64,000 bases of DNA, taken from contig OZ024745.1 of the NCBI GenBank assembly GCA_964016885.1, positions 13,702,001 to 13,766,000 of the forward strand, written 5' to 3'. Positions 14,807 through 40,976 of the stretch are shown here, in pieces (the stretch's first letter is position 1; each line of letters starts with the position of its first letter). The notes beneath the pieces were generated by a model. That model had not been told where the DNA came from, searched no databases, and saw nothing but the letters and a program-made list of their open reading frames with translations. Made by a program: the position numbers and the translations under genes. The DNA comes from Eledone cirrhosa (lineage: Eukaryota).

Positions 14807-15689
14807 CAGACTTCCTCATCACTAACAATAACAAGAACGGGAGCCTTCATAAAGTCGCTTGACTTTCTAGACACAGCAGTCAAATGCCCCTCAAATCACA
14901 CCACCGTCTTTTAACTTTTTACAATGGATAATATAGTCTGAGATAGCTTATGCTGGAATAAATCACAGGATGGTCATGGCTGGAATGCTTTTGATTGTAA
15001 GTCTTCCAGACAATGAGGAGGGGCGGCCTAGGGCTAAACAACCACAATAATTCTAATCTAATAGTGTTCCTTCCTTCACTTAGTGTTGGTTTAGACCAAA
15101 ATACCAAAATATAACAGAATATTCTTTTAAAATCCACCAATTAATATAAAGATGTTTGTCTATTGCTATGTAGTGGCCTTCATGCATGAACCAATATTTA
15201 TTTGACACATGAATATAATATTTAACTATACTATACCACTGTCTTTCACTATACTACACCATATCATACTGCCCTACTCTACAACACCATACTATACTAC
15301 ACTATACTATTTAGTATACACATTAGATAATATAGTCTTAGATAACCCTAAAAGACATTAGATTATACCACATTAGATAATGTACACTTAGATACCCCTA
15401 AAATAACGAGGTGGTCATATTTGTAATGCCTTTAATCATAGTTCTGTAAGTTAAACAACAACAACAATACCCAGGTTTTAGCAATATTTTTGCTATGTTT
15501 ACATCAACAGCAATAACAACACTAGTTGCAACATTATCAGTGGCCACTGTTTAAATATAAGAATGCACCAAATGCATGTTTATGTAAATGTGGCGTTCAT
15601 GCCATTCCTAAAGTGAAATGAATTATAATAGAAATCTGTGGGACACTACCATGTCATTTGTGGCCAACAAAGGAGAATCAACATGGTAA

Positions 15690-15850
15690 CCTTCATCTGT
15701 TAGAAATAGCAGCCAAACCTCCTTTGTATATTGTTAAACAAGGAAGAACGCATTGCATAATATAGCGCTAGATGCAACTAAAATGGCGGAATGGTCATGG
15801 CTGGAATTCTGTTGATCCTAACTCTGCTCAATCTAGGTTTAGTTTAAATA
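15690..15850 (+). mobile_element. Dispersed repeat family C; related pieces at about 2090-2280, 14870-15060, 27660-27845 (+) and 10130-10200 (-)
   Basis: Shared tagaaatagcagccaaa..caaatcacacc and gatggtcatggctggaatgc motifs. Confidence 0.6.
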
Positions 15851-16045
15851 ACATATCGTTGGTAGCTGCTATTGTGATAGTGTATATTAACATAACTAAC
15901 AACTATGACAAGCTACCAATGTATTTGCCAATATTACTAGTATTAACACTTATCACATTAACTATTACTACTACACCTCAGTGCATAGCAGTAGTAGTAG
16001 CAGTAGTAGTAGTAATAGTAGTAGTAGTAGTAGTAGTAGTAGTAA

Positions 16046-16095
<50 letters not shown>

Positions 16096-16454
16096 ACGGT
16101 GGTGATAGTTGTGGTAGTATTAGTGTTAGTTGTAGTAGTGTTAGTGGTAATATTAGTGCTAGTGGTGGTGATAGTTGAGTAGTATTAGTGTTAGTGGTGG
16201 TGACAGTTGTGGTAGTAGTGGAGCTAGTGGTGGTCATAGTTGTGGTAGTAGTAGTGGTGGTGGTATGCAATATTCCCCGCCGCCACCTAGTTTTTTTCAA
16301 GGTCACCATACACTATATACAGTTATTTACTGCACTGTTTAATGTTAATCAGCGGCAAGTAGTTTCAGTAGCAAAAACACATTGCAGCCACGGTTGAAAA
16401 TTTCATTCATAAGAATTATAGACAGAGAAATACAAACAGAAACACCTACATGGA

Positions 16455-16646
16455 TGACGTCACATCGTGTTTATGAATGATTTCTTTTTACCCATCAAAA
16501 TGTATGAATGAACGAACAATTCGATAGCGTACGCCGCCATCCGTATATCGGTTCTTCGTCTCAGACTGTCTAGCTTGATCGACGAGAGAGAGAAAGAGAG
16601 AAAGAATGTGTGAAAGTGAAAGTAGATACTACACTGCGCATGTCCA
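16455..16646. promoter_or_regulatory. Candidate promoter of the RhoGEF gene
   Basis: CpG-containing unique block with a full CRE TGACGTCA (16455-16462), YY1-like CGCCGCCAT (about 16532) and NRF1-like TGCGCATG (16635-16642). Confidence 0.4.
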
Positions 16647-17012
16647 AAACTGAAGCCGCTTGCCATAACGTAATTGTAAAGAGTCACTTGACAAGGATTG
16701 TGATACAAGTTGGTAGCAAAATAAGCTAGCGGGGTTTGTAAAGTGTGAGGAATGACACCAAGATGGTGTTTTGATTTAGAAAGAATATTAGTCTTCCACT
16801 TGATACCATTACAGTGTATATGTTTACATTGTGTACACAGGAGAAGAAATAAACCATCGAATTAGACCAGAGTTGAAGAAAAAGAAAGGGGCCAAGCTAA
16901 CGGCAGGTGGTCGTTCATTGGAAAACAGATATATTGTACAAGATATACTACAACAACTACAACAACAACATAGAGAGAGACATCAGCAGTTTGTTTATTT
17001 AAGCTTATCCAG

Positions 17013-17027
17013 ATGAAGATGCAAATG
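17013..17027 (+). CDS. Candidate first coding segment of the RhoGEF (MKMQM)
   Basis: ATG AAG ATG CAA ATG|gtatga gives a phase-0 join to GIICKDC. It lies at the end of a unique-sequence block just downstream of a promoter-like region. No transcript support. Confidence 0.4.
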
Positions 17028-17130
17028 GTATGATAATTTATGTTGCTCATAAAATATGTTGTGGAAAAGATAATCATGAGAAAAGAAGAGAGAGAAGAAA
17101 GTATGTGTGTATGTCTGTATATAAATACAT

Positions 17131-18831
<1,701 letters not shown>

Positions 18832-19830
18832 CTGAAATATATACAATATGCGTATATTTACAAAAGGAAATATATGTATTTAGATATACTTTGTATATTA
18901 AATTACTCATACATATATGTTAAATAAAACGTATATATAGAGGAATATATATATATGTGTATGTATATATATATATATATATACACACACACAGATTTGG
19001 TTTGTTTACGGGGAACCTCATTTAATATGCATTTATACATTTGGATGTCGTAATGCAATATGAAATTGGTAAACGGATATATGCGTATATAGAAACAAAA
19101 AGACATATGTATGTATGTGTATACACACATACATATACACACATATATATATATATGTATGTGTGTGGGGGGGGTTGTGTGTGTGTGTGAAAGCGTGTGG
19201 CTTTGTGAAGGTGTTGGACCTACGATCATATGTTCGTAGGTTTGATTCCTTGTGGCTGCATTGTGTTCTTCAGCAAGACACTTCATTTCATAATGTTCCA
19301 ATTCATTCTGGGTTTAGCCCTGTGATGGACTGGCGTCCTGTCCAATGGCGAGTCTTGGGAAACCGTTTAGGACAGACATATATATATATATAATTTATAT
19401 ATCTTTATATAAATATATTATATATAGATATTATTTTATATATATTATATATTATATTATATACATATATATTATGTACATATTCTATATATATACTATA
19501 TATATATATCGTTTCTGAATTTGTTTAGCATGATTCTTTATCTGAAAACGTGTGTTGAAACCGATATTATTATACTTTGGGAGGGTCATGTTGCCAATAA
19601 GAAACACACGCACCAGTTGCTTTCACTCCAATTTATTATAAATTCAAAATTTTTTCTTTTTTTTGGAAAATGTTTTTCTTTTCTTTTGTTTTTTTTTTGG
19701 GGGGGGGGGGGATTTTTTTAAACAAACATTACCAAATGGAACCAATGTAGGCTGACGATCTGAGACATGTTTCAGTGAAGACACGACTAGAGAAACAATT
19801 GTACCTAAATGATACCATAGTTAATGCAAC

Positions 19831-19868
<38 letters not shown>

Positions 19869-20140
19869 CTCTCTCTCTCTCTCTCTTCCTCCCTCTATTT
19901 CTCTCTCTCCCTCTCTCCCTCTCTCCCTCTCTCCCTCTCTCCCTCTCTCTCTCTTTCGTTCTCTCTCACTCTCTCTATGGTATCATTCAGGTACAAGTGT
20001 TTCTCAGGTCATGTATTTCAGATCTTCGGTTTACATTAATCCTATTTTGTAATGTTTGCCCATTACCCACTCTACTACCCTAATTATCGATTACTCTGGT
20101 GCGTTATGGCCCACTTGGTTCCTTACCATACTTCCTTCGT

Positions 20141-20228
<88 letters not shown>

Positions 20229-20572
20229 CGATGGAAACTCCTTTCTCCTCCTGTTCCGTCCTAACCACCATCCTAAACCTTGTTTTTAGTAACCACACAG
20301 CTCCTTTCGTTTCATATAATTTTGTATAAATATATTCCTCCGGTTGCAACGTTTTTTGAAATATTCACTTCTGCGTTCACAGATTGACTTTGTTAGTTTC
20401 AGAAGATCCCGTTAAGGGTGAAAGCAGCGATTCTTTGCTTAAACTTTAATCTGTTATTTTAATAAATATATATATATATATATAATCTGTATTTTCTCCC
20501 AAATATAGAAATTACCAAATTTTGTTGATTATTCTGTCTTATTTACCCAATTCTCTTTTCTCTATTTTACAG

Positions 20573-30316
<9,744 letters not shown>

Positions 30317-32159
30317 TTGTTTTCCAAGAAGTCTTTTCTGAACGATAAAGAGAAAGAATATTTACAATTCTTTGTGTGTTTGTTTGCCGCTTCCGAGCAA
30401 TTACAACATTCATACTACCATATCCCTGTATGGACAGCTAAACCGCTGCTTCTTGGTGATTAGGCAGAACGAGCCGTTGCTTTCAAACTGAACGACAAAA
30501 AAAAATGAGAAAGAATAAGAATCACTGTGAAGTGCTGGGTTTAATCAATATGAACGAGATTTGAATACTAAATCTACGGCTGGTTTCTATTTGTTTATAT
30601 GATTTGCTTTCAGCTACCTATTCGATTGAACTGTTTTATTGATAAGAAAAATCCTCTATCAGTGTATCCAATTATAGCGACAAGGTTCGTGTTTAAAGAA
30701 AGGAATACATACAACTTGATCACTTATATTTTGTGATATTGAAAATGGCATCGTTATTTACAATATGTATTTACAATATGTAGATATCTCATTTAAGAGT
30801 ATTGGAAGAACACCGAAATCGATTTAAAGTTTCAAAATGAAGGAACTATTTTCAAAGCGAGAAGTTATGAAGAGAAATTAAATATTTGATGAAAAAAAAA
30901 ACGAAACAATACGGAAAGAAGAATCTATATTGGTTAAATATAAATTAACCAACTCGTTTATGTACAAAATTTATACTTCTGGTTCCTTCTCAGGGAATCT
31001 TTTTTTAAAATCCTACACAGGGTTTGGTTGTGGAAAACAAAACTTGACTCGTAAACTCATATTTGAACTAGTATAGCAAAGAAATATGTGTATTTCTTTC
31101 TGAAACATTTTGTCATATGTCTGTGCTTTTTTTAACTCGAAATAACAGACGATAAAATATATTTTATGTTACGCCATAATAATTGTTTCTTGTTGGCACC
31201 AGTGTTACGCCATAATAATAATTATTATAAAAACTGTTGATATCATTTAAAATGACCAAGGAAGTTATTCCTGGCTCATTTGAGGCCAATGAAGAATTGA
31301 CTTAAAAGAAACTTTTACTGATGCTTTATAAATTATTTTATTTCACTTCATCAGCCACTGCCATACCTTTCACCTTTGACCTGAGGGTTCAGTCGTGAAA
31401 AGGATAAAATCGCACATCTTTTTACATTCCTGTAATATTTTCCGAATGCTTAATCAAATAACTTGCCCTAAATTTACAATCCTCCTCTCCCACCATCATA
31501 GAAGAGCGGGGTATCACATTTTGAGATGGACCTGTCAATGTTTTGCCATTATTATCCAGTTGGCTTTTTTTTTTATTTTCTATTAATTTATTTTTTTATT
31601 CCTTGTCCACCCCACTCCCACCCCCTATATTTAATTAATTTTTCAAGAGCTCAGGCTGTTTTAGTTATTTTATGTGTATGTATGTGTTTTGTTGGTTTTA
31701 CAACACAGCCAAAATATATATTTAAAAGCTTGCCTGACAATTTTCTACCAATGTATGTGAGGGTGGGTAGGGTGGGGTGGGGTGTGAGTCGCACAAACAT
31801 TGTAATGAAGAGAACCGGGGAGGATGATATATGATAAAATCTGATGAGATGTGATGAAAAGTGATGAAATTTGATGAAAGATAAGAGAAAAATACAAAGC
31901 ACACCGATTTCTGTGATGAGAGAACGCGCAGTGATAGGAAGGGACATGTAGTAGATGATTATGATGATAACGACGATGATAACGACGATGATAACGACGA
32001 TGATGATGAAACAATTGTATTTGTCTCTTAATATACCAAATCAATATCGCACATTATATTTACTATATTATATATATTTTTATCAGTTTCTTTTCTGTCA
32101 TTTTTTTTGTTTGTTTGAGTTTTTTTTTTTTGTTTTCAATGCTTGTCATGCTTACACAG

Positions 32160-32418
32160 ATACCAATATATCTATATAACTATAGGTACCAATATATCTA
32201 TATAATTATAGGTACCAGTATATCTATATAACTATAGGTACCAATATATCTATAGATATTTAGATTCCTATATATCTATAGATATATAGATTCCTATATA
32301 TTGATAGTTATATAGATACCAATATATCTATAGTTATATAGATTCCTATATATCGATAGTTATATAGATACCAATATATCTATAGATATATAGATTCCTA
32401 TATATCTATATAATTATA
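32160..32418. repeat. Degenerate AT-rich minisatellite
   Basis: tatagataccaatatatc / tataggtaccaatatatc units. Confidence 0.8.
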
Positions 32419-32475
32419 GAAAGCTACATACGTGTAGATGCACAACATGGCTATGGCACAATTGCACACGCATAA

Positions 32476-32575
<100 letters not shown>

Positions 32576-33004
32576 GCGCGCACACACGCACACACAAATA
32601 TGTATATATATATACACACACACTCAGATTTGCATACATATTTGTTACGTTGAAAAGAAACACTAAAGGTTGTAGTGAAAACCTGAAACAAAGTCAGCAG
32701 CTGTGACCATAGTGTTATGGCTGTGGGATAGAAGGTGAAAATCATTGTAATGTATCGACAACGATTTCATGGTGTAGTCATGCCAACGATTTTATCATGT
32801 AGTCAAAAACCTGGGACGAGACTGAATTTTGTCAAACTGATTTGCTTATAATAAACCAGATAGTAACACAGTCGTCTGTGTTGACCCAACGACCTTGTTT
32901 GAGCTTTTCAGAAACATTACAAATCAAAATGTTAGTAGTATTTATTGAAGCCGTATTAAAACGTTCTATCAAACTTGACTTAAATTAGCATTAATAGGTG
33001 CTAT

Positions 33005-33202
33005 CAATCATATGTTTGAATTTTATTCGATCAAATTTGATTGAATTCACCTCAAAATATATTTTAGCACTATATCGATCATATGTTTGATGTTTATTCG
33101 ATCAAATTTGATTGAATTTAGCTCAAAACATATTTTAACACTATATCGATCATATGGTTGATGTTTATTCGATCAAATTTTCATTGAATTTATCTCAAAA
33201 CA
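33005..33202. repeat. 3 x ~70 bp tandem repeat
   Basis: tcatatgtttgatgtttattcgatcaaatttgattgaattt..ctcaaaa. Confidence 0.85.
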
Positions 33203-34247
33203 TTTAAAGAATATTTTTTTTTAAATGTAAGTCAGAGAAAGGTTTCAAGATTCGGCTTATAAAGATTGAGATGGATATCCCAGGTTCAAACTGCTGCATA
33301 TATATATTGTGCCTTCCTGGGTCGGTTGGTTGATCTGACTGGCTAATAATGGTAGTAGTTGTTATAGTGTGATAGTAGTAGCAGCAGCAGTAGAGTCGAT
33401 GCGAAGGAGGGTTCCTAACGGTGCTATATCGTCGTCACACATAACACCCATGGAAACAACAATGACGATAACTCCACGTTTCAAGTAGAACAAGTTGTTT
33501 ATCTTCTTAATGCTGCAGCTCCCCCACAACCATACGTTAAACACACATACAAACACAGTCTATAGAACATTATACATACATACACATATATAAACACATG
33601 CATATATAAACATATATAAATACATACATATATATAGGAACAAGTATGACCCCGACGGCAGAGCGCAAGCCGTTTCGACGGCTAATTCTGGACTAAATAA
33701 GAATTTTTAGCCTGGTAAATAAATAGCCGAACTTCTCAAGGGGTAATTCCTTATATGGGAAGATAGTAATTGTGAAAAGGATTGGTCAAAAATTTGTTGT
33801 AAAGACAGATGAGTACTTTGGTGCGTTATGATCCATCTGGTTACTTACCACATTTCCTTCCTTATATATATATATACACATATATATGTACATATATATA
33901 TGCATATATATGTACATATATATATACATATACATATATATGTACATATGCATATAAATACACACACATTACCGAAACAAAACATGACGTAAGCCATACT
34001 GGAGTAGCCCTACAATATTTAAACTGCAGCTGCACTTTATAATGACGTTGCATATTGCTGGCCATTCTTGTCACATGTCACTATGTGCTTTCTTACATTC
34101 TATACTCAGTTATAATAGGAAAGCATATATTATGTATATATATGTATATATGTTATATATCTATATGTATGTATATATATACTATGTATCTATATGTATA
34201 TATATATGTATATATGTTATATATATCTATATGTATATATATATATA

Positions 34248-34281
<34 letters not shown>

Positions 34282-34317
34282 TATATATATATACTATATA
34301 TATATACTATATATATA

Positions 34318-34355
<38 letters not shown>

Positions 34356-34685
34356 TATATATATATATATATGTATATATGTATATATATATGTACTATA
34401 TATCTATATGTATATATATATATGTATATATGTATATATATATATGTACTATATATCTATATATATATATATGTATATATGTTATATATGTATATATGTA
34501 TATATATATACTATATATCTATATGCATATATACAGCCACCTTCGCGCCCACGGCAGACGGGAACAACAATGAAGAAGATGTCATCATCGTTTACGATGG
34601 ACAACCAAGAGGATATGTATATATACTATATATCTATATACATATATGTATATATACTATATATCTATATGTATATAACTATGGT

Positions 34686-34768
<83 letters not shown>

Positions 34769-35181
34769 TATGTATGTATATAGTTCTACTAGTTTGCTCT
34801 CTTGAGTATGTATGTGTGTGAATGTATGTATGTAGGTATATATGCGCATGTGTGTTTGTTATATACATCCACACGTGACCTACAGTTCTGCACCCTTACT
34901 TGATTCGACGCCATATTGACTTTGCCATCAACATATATTTTTACAATTTTAAACGATTTCCATTGAAACCTTGAAAACCTTTATTTCACTACCAGTCAAT
35001 CTTTCTGACTTCAGACAACACAAAAGTACTCAACGAACTCTTCTACTGGATAGCAGTCCATTATTAGAAATTCTTTTGGTCTTATAAAGCAGTATGTTTA
35101 TATACATGTGTGTATATATATATATATATATAAATGTATATATATATATATATAACTTTGATAACTTTTATATATATATAT

Positions 35182-35279
<98 letters not shown>

Positions 35280-35331
35280 ATATATATATACATGTATATA
35301 TATATATATATATATACATGTATATATATAT

Positions 35332-35371
<40 letters not shown>

Positions 35372-35942
35372 ATATATATATACATGTATATATATATATA
35401 TATACATGTATATATATATATATATATACATGTATATATATATATGTATATACATGTATATATGTGTATATACATGTATATATGTGTATATACATGTATA
35501 TATGTGCATATACATATATATATATGTGTGTGTTTGTATATACATACATATATTTGTGTGTATATATACATACATATATATGTGTGTGTGTTTATGTATA
35601 TACGTTTATGTTTAAATATATATAACGTATATATGATTATATGTACATGTGTGTATGTATATGTATATTCGTATATGTATATGTATATATGCTTATATGT
35701 ATATATATGTATATCTATATATATGTAAGTGTGTATCAACATATCTGACTACAAATACCTAATTCAAATACAAAATGTCTGTCATTCGTTTTTATATTAT
35801 TTCCTACATGGGCATTATTGTACTTCATACAGCTGTCATATTTACAAATCCCTCATAAATTTCCGTTCATATCCCCTGAAATATTACTGGCCCTTAATAT
35901 ATTCTTCATGGCCTAATTATCCTTAATTTTTCCTACTTAAAA

Positions 35943-35974
<32 letters not shown>

Positions 35975-36054
35975 GATATTTCTTCAATCATATGTATCTT
36001 CTGTCACAATATGGTTCAGAAGCATAAGATGTATCTAGTTTCATGTGTGTAATA

Positions 36055-36560
36055 TTTACACCAGATGTATAATATTTCTAGTCACATCTGTTGTCTTAAT
36101 TCAACAGATGTGTTATCTGCTATCTTCTAGTTACATCTGTTGTCTTAACACTCCAGATGTCTTATATTCTACAGTCATCTACTATCTTCACATAGTAGAT
36201 ACGTAATATTTCTATTCACATCTGTTATCTTAACACTCCAGATGTGTCATATTTTACAGCCATATGCTGTCTTAACTCTGCAGATGTGCAATATTTCTAG
36301 TCACATCTGCTGTTTTCTTAACACTCCAGATGTGTTAATTTTAGTTTCATCTGCTGTATTAACATTCCAGATGTATAATATTCTTCTGTCATCTGCTGTA
36401 CTACACCAGATGTTACATTTTTAGTGTCAACTGCTGTTATAAAAATCCAGATATATAATTTTCTAGTGTCAACTGCTGTTTTAACACTCCAGATTATTTA
36501 ATATTCAAGTGTTGTTTGCTGTATTAACACTACACAAGTTATATATTCCAGTGTTTTATT
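36055..36560. repeat. Degenerate ~44 bp minisatellite with self-complementary unit
   Basis: aacactccagatgt...tctagtcacatctgctgtctt. Confidence 0.8.
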
Positions 36561-37886
36561 GCTGTTTAAACGCCCAAGTAGTATACCATGTATCAATTGG
36601 TAACACTACAAACTGTTAAAACTCATTGTCATTCCAAAGCTTTACTCACATGTTATGTCCAACCCAGACCCTGTTGCCGCCCAAACAGACGTTAAAGGGA
36701 AGTCTTTTCAAATGAATAAACATTTTTAATTTACTTCTGTTTATTGTTGTTATTTTTGTTGTTGCTATTGTTGTTGTTGTAAGGTCAAGTTCAGATACTG
36801 TCGAGGTCAACTTTGCTATCGATCCTTCTGGAGCGATTTAATAAAGTACCGGTCTCTCTCTCTCTCTGTAATATATATATACATATATTTCGGCTACATT
36901 ATACCGGGAGAATGGTCGTAGGCGACCACTCATGGCGTCTCTCTTCTAAAAACGGAGAAGAATTGAACTTGACGAAACCATCCAAGGACAGCATGAATAG
37001 TAATCAAGAAGGTGAATTAGTTTAATTTACACCAACATGTATAAGCAGAGTAGTTTATTAGTAGCACTTGATGCTATAAAAGATGTCTTCGCTATACAAA
37101 TGCTTCAGATTGTTTCTAAAGATCGCTTGAAAAGACATTAAAACAAAGATCCCACAACACGACCACGTTGAAATGATAAATTGTTGATGTATCAACTTAG
37201 CGTGAACGTCGTTCTGTATATCAATAACTGCCAAACATTATTGGCACTGTCATACCATCTAACTTGGTGGCGAATTGGTAGTGTCGCTAAACGTTAGATA
37301 GAATGATTTGTAGTATTCTCTGAGTTCAAAACAGCCGAATCAACTTTGCCTTTCATCAATTTTTTTTCTTTTTCTGATTTGAAATATGGAAACTTTCAAT
37401 ACAAGAATTGAGTACACAGAGGTAGACCAGGAACAAGATAACATCCATAAGATTGGGAGGTTTCACTTGGAGATCCAGCCGGGTCATTGGGATACAGTTG
37501 CTTCTGATTGAATCTTCTAGAAGGCGTGTCTGGGGACGCTACCCGCATGATCCTCTCGGGAATAATTGGAAGAAAAAGAAGAGGAGGAGGAGGAGGAGGA
37601 AGAGGAGGATAAAACCCTACAAAGAAGAACGAAAGCGAATTATCTGAGAGGAACTGAATACATTGAGGAGTGGTTATTAACACAAGGGAAAAGCTTAGAT
37701 AGATAGTATAGTTTATTTTCACGAACGCTGTACCAAGAATTGTTACCGTAAAGTAACCACACAAGTGAGGCGCCTGGAACGTAAGTTCATTTCATGGCAA
37801 CAGTAGAGTTAAAACAGAAGCTTTGTATTGGCAGTTAAAAGGAGAGATGGTAGTAAAGTAGTTATTACTAAAGAATGGAAGGGAGA

Positions 37887-38079
37887 TAATTGTTTCTACT
37901 TTTTGGCGCAAGGCCAGCAATTATCTCAGTGTATTACTGATACTTTATTTTATCGACCCCGTAAGGATGAAAGGCAAAGTTAACCTCGGCGGGATTTGAA
38001 CTCAGTCCGTAAAGGGAAGTAACTCTTTGTTGCAAAGCATGGCGTCCGACCCTCTACCGATACTGCCAATCCACCGCCC
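37887..38079 (-). mobile_element. tRNA-derived SINE, family B (Nin/Deu-like domain); other copies 3289-3461 (-), 38516-38690 (+), 45483-45575 (+, head), 60088-60262 (+), 37270-37357 (+)
   Basis: ggattggcagtatcggtagagggtcggac..ctgagttcaaatcccgccgaggttaactttgcctttcatccttacggggtcgataaaataaagtaccagt, dispersed on both strands. Confidence 0.85.
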
Positions 38080-38899
38080 TGGAAGGGAGATAATATAAGT
38101 TATACACATACCTGAGTCTGGTGGGATAGAAGTGGAAACAAAAATTAATTAATTAATTAAGGAAGAAAAATGGTGAACTGGTAACGACAACAATAGCCCG
38201 AACTCCGATCAAGTTTCTTCTGACGAAGGGATTTTAGATCTGAAATATTAGGGCAGGTAAATAAAATGACAGGTGACACACCATCATCTTCGTTGCCTTC
38301 AATTTATTTCAAAATCTAACGTCCATTTTGTATTGTTGTAGCTTTCAAATAACATACTGTGTTTAAAATAATTATGATTACTAATGAGGTGGGGGTTGAA
38401 GGTGGGAGAAGAAAGATATACCCAACAGAGATGGGGATAGTAATCGATGTGGGTAGAGAATGTAATTAGTGGGGAGGGGGTAAAGAAGTCTGAAGACTGT
38501 ACATCTAACACACAAGGGCGGTGGATTGGCAGTATAAGTAGAAGGTCGGACACCATGCTTTGACGCATAGAGTTACGGCCCTTGCCATTCTGAGTTCAAA
38601 TCCCACCGAGGTTAACTTTGCCTTTCATTCTTACGGGGTCGATAAAATAAAGTACCAGTAATGCACTGGGTAATTGCTGGCCTTGTGCCTGAAGAATGTA
38701 CATTATATCTAACACACTGAAACCAAATAGATGAAAGGCTATTCTGATGGAGGTAATACAAGATACGCGGTACAAAACAGATATGCGGAGTTAAGTCGTC
38801 AATAAATAGCGTGATTAGACATGTTTACTCATTAGTGGTCAAGATAGAAGAGCGGTATGGAATGTTTATATGTTGCAAAAATCATTTATATAGAAGAAA

Positions 38900-39430
38900 A
38901 GCATTTAGAAGGGTTTTTTTTTTAGGAGTGGTGCCGGAGCAAATAACATCTTCATGTTTTCGGCTGTACTGAGGTCACAGGGTTTCCAGAATATGATTTC
39001 GCTCTCCTCAAAATGTTCCAGCTAAACTTGAAGTGTAGCGACTTGTTATTTTATTCCCATATTTACGCGGCTAGAGACATTTGGCTTACTTTCACTGGGT
39101 TTCGAAAAAGTGTGAATATTCGAACAGGATCTTATTTTGAAGTGGCTGGAGGTGATATCAATGAGGGAATTCGTTTTGACAGAAAATTTGTATCAATGAC
39201 TTTAGTTTGGTATGGCAAATTAAGCGGGCGAATGTTTGGGCTGCGATACCAGATTTACTTTAGGTGTAGTTATTCAGCTTAGATATATTAGAATAAGCTA
39301 AGTTCCAAATGAAGTGGTTAAGAGGTGGTTGAGTAGGAAAGACTAATTATGTTTCTATTGAAAATTTTGTAATATTTATGTAGGAAAAGATTTCTTGCGG
39401 AATTTAAAGAAACATCCAGCTTCTGGGGTA
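38900..39430 (-). mobile_element. Penelope-like element remnant (linker + GIY-YIG endonuclease), pseudogenised
   Basis: Minus-strand translation across stops and frameshifts: KSFP/HKYYKIFNRNIISLSYS ... IDITSSHFKIR ... FRNP..SLAA*IWE..FKFSWNILRRAKSYSG..CDLSTAE, the typical PLE C-terminal pattern. Confidence 0.7.
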
Positions 39431-39761
39431 GAAACTGTCAAATTTACCACTAATGTTTTTCCGCCTGTTTCAGTTAGGCTGTTTATTTTTTTCTTTAAAT
39501 ACTCTTTTACTTTGGGCTTATTTGTAATGTTATGCCGAATATGCGGATTGGCAGAATAGTCAGTATACCAGATTAGATATGAGTATTTAATCCGGCTGTT
39601 TGGGGTTGGGCTTTTAATTGTACTGAAGTCATGGGCTGCTGTGGCAAAGTCCACACAAATGCAAACTTTAGGACCGGGCTACCAGATTGAGAATACCTTC
39701 ATCTTCCACCACCTCCTCCAGTATTGAAGGCCCTGAAATGGGTCACAATCACAGCCCGTGT

Positions 39762-39802
<41 letters not shown>

Positions 39803-39913
39803 CATAGTTACGTGCGCATAATTTCGTATATATAAACGTAGGGAGCCTTTGTCAACAATGTCAATGAAAATGATACATCCTTGAATGTATTGAATTTCTA
39901 CTGACGTCATGCA

Positions 39914-40097
<184 letters not shown>

Positions 40098-40116
40098 TGC
40101 ATGACGTCAGTAGAAA

Positions 40117-40185
<69 letters not shown>

Positions 40186-40266
40186 CAAAGGAATTGTGGT
40201 AAGGAACCAGATGGACCATAACGCACCAGAGTACTCAATTATATTAATGCATGACGTCAGTAGAAA

Positions 40267-40321
<55 letters not shown>

Positions 40322-40512
40322 CAAAGGAATTGTGGTAAGGAACCAGATGGACCATAACGCACCAGAGTACTCGATACTTAGGGTAGTAGAGTTGGAAATA
40401 GGAAAAAGTATGACCCCGACGGCAGAGCTCAAGCCGTTTCGACGGCTATTTCTTTGAGTCCACAAATAGCCGTCGAAACGGCTTGAGCTCTGCCGTCGGG
40501 GTCATAGTTTTT

Positions 40513-40560
<48 letters not shown>

Positions 40561-40940
40561 TATAGGGAAAAAAGATGAAATCGAAAATGCAACTGGAGTC
40601 TTTTTTTTTAAATATATTTATCTGCGAAACCGGTAAAGGAACCAAATAAATATATTTTTTAAAAAAAGACTCCAGTTGCATTTTCGATTTCATCTTTTTT
40701 CCTTATACTTTCACTCGTGCAGGACACCTATGAAGAAATAATAGATAAATAAACGATAGCCATCTATTCGCGATCAACAGGTATAGAATATTTACCCACC
40801 ATTTCAATAGCACGTGGAAATCGATTAAATATATCGTCAACCATACACAATTAGGTATAAAATCAAAGTTAGAAGAAAAAATGTATATAATCATACCAAA
40901 GTAAAAATAGACAGAAAGACAAAACAAAATAAAAACAAAC

Positions 40941-40976
<36 letters not shown>

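Noticed and set aside
16490-16539. Minus-strand ATGGCGGCG ORF start (MAAYAIELFVHSYILMG) with possible GTAAAA donor, suggesting a divergent gene
   Set aside because: No convincing downstream exon found; equally explained as a YY1-type promoter motif.
38216-38253. Hammerhead-like TCTT CTGACGA AGGGAT..ATCT GAAATATT AGGG
   Set aside because: Probably a decayed minimal hammerhead; stems rely on wobbles and the stem III CG is lost, so it is not called functional.
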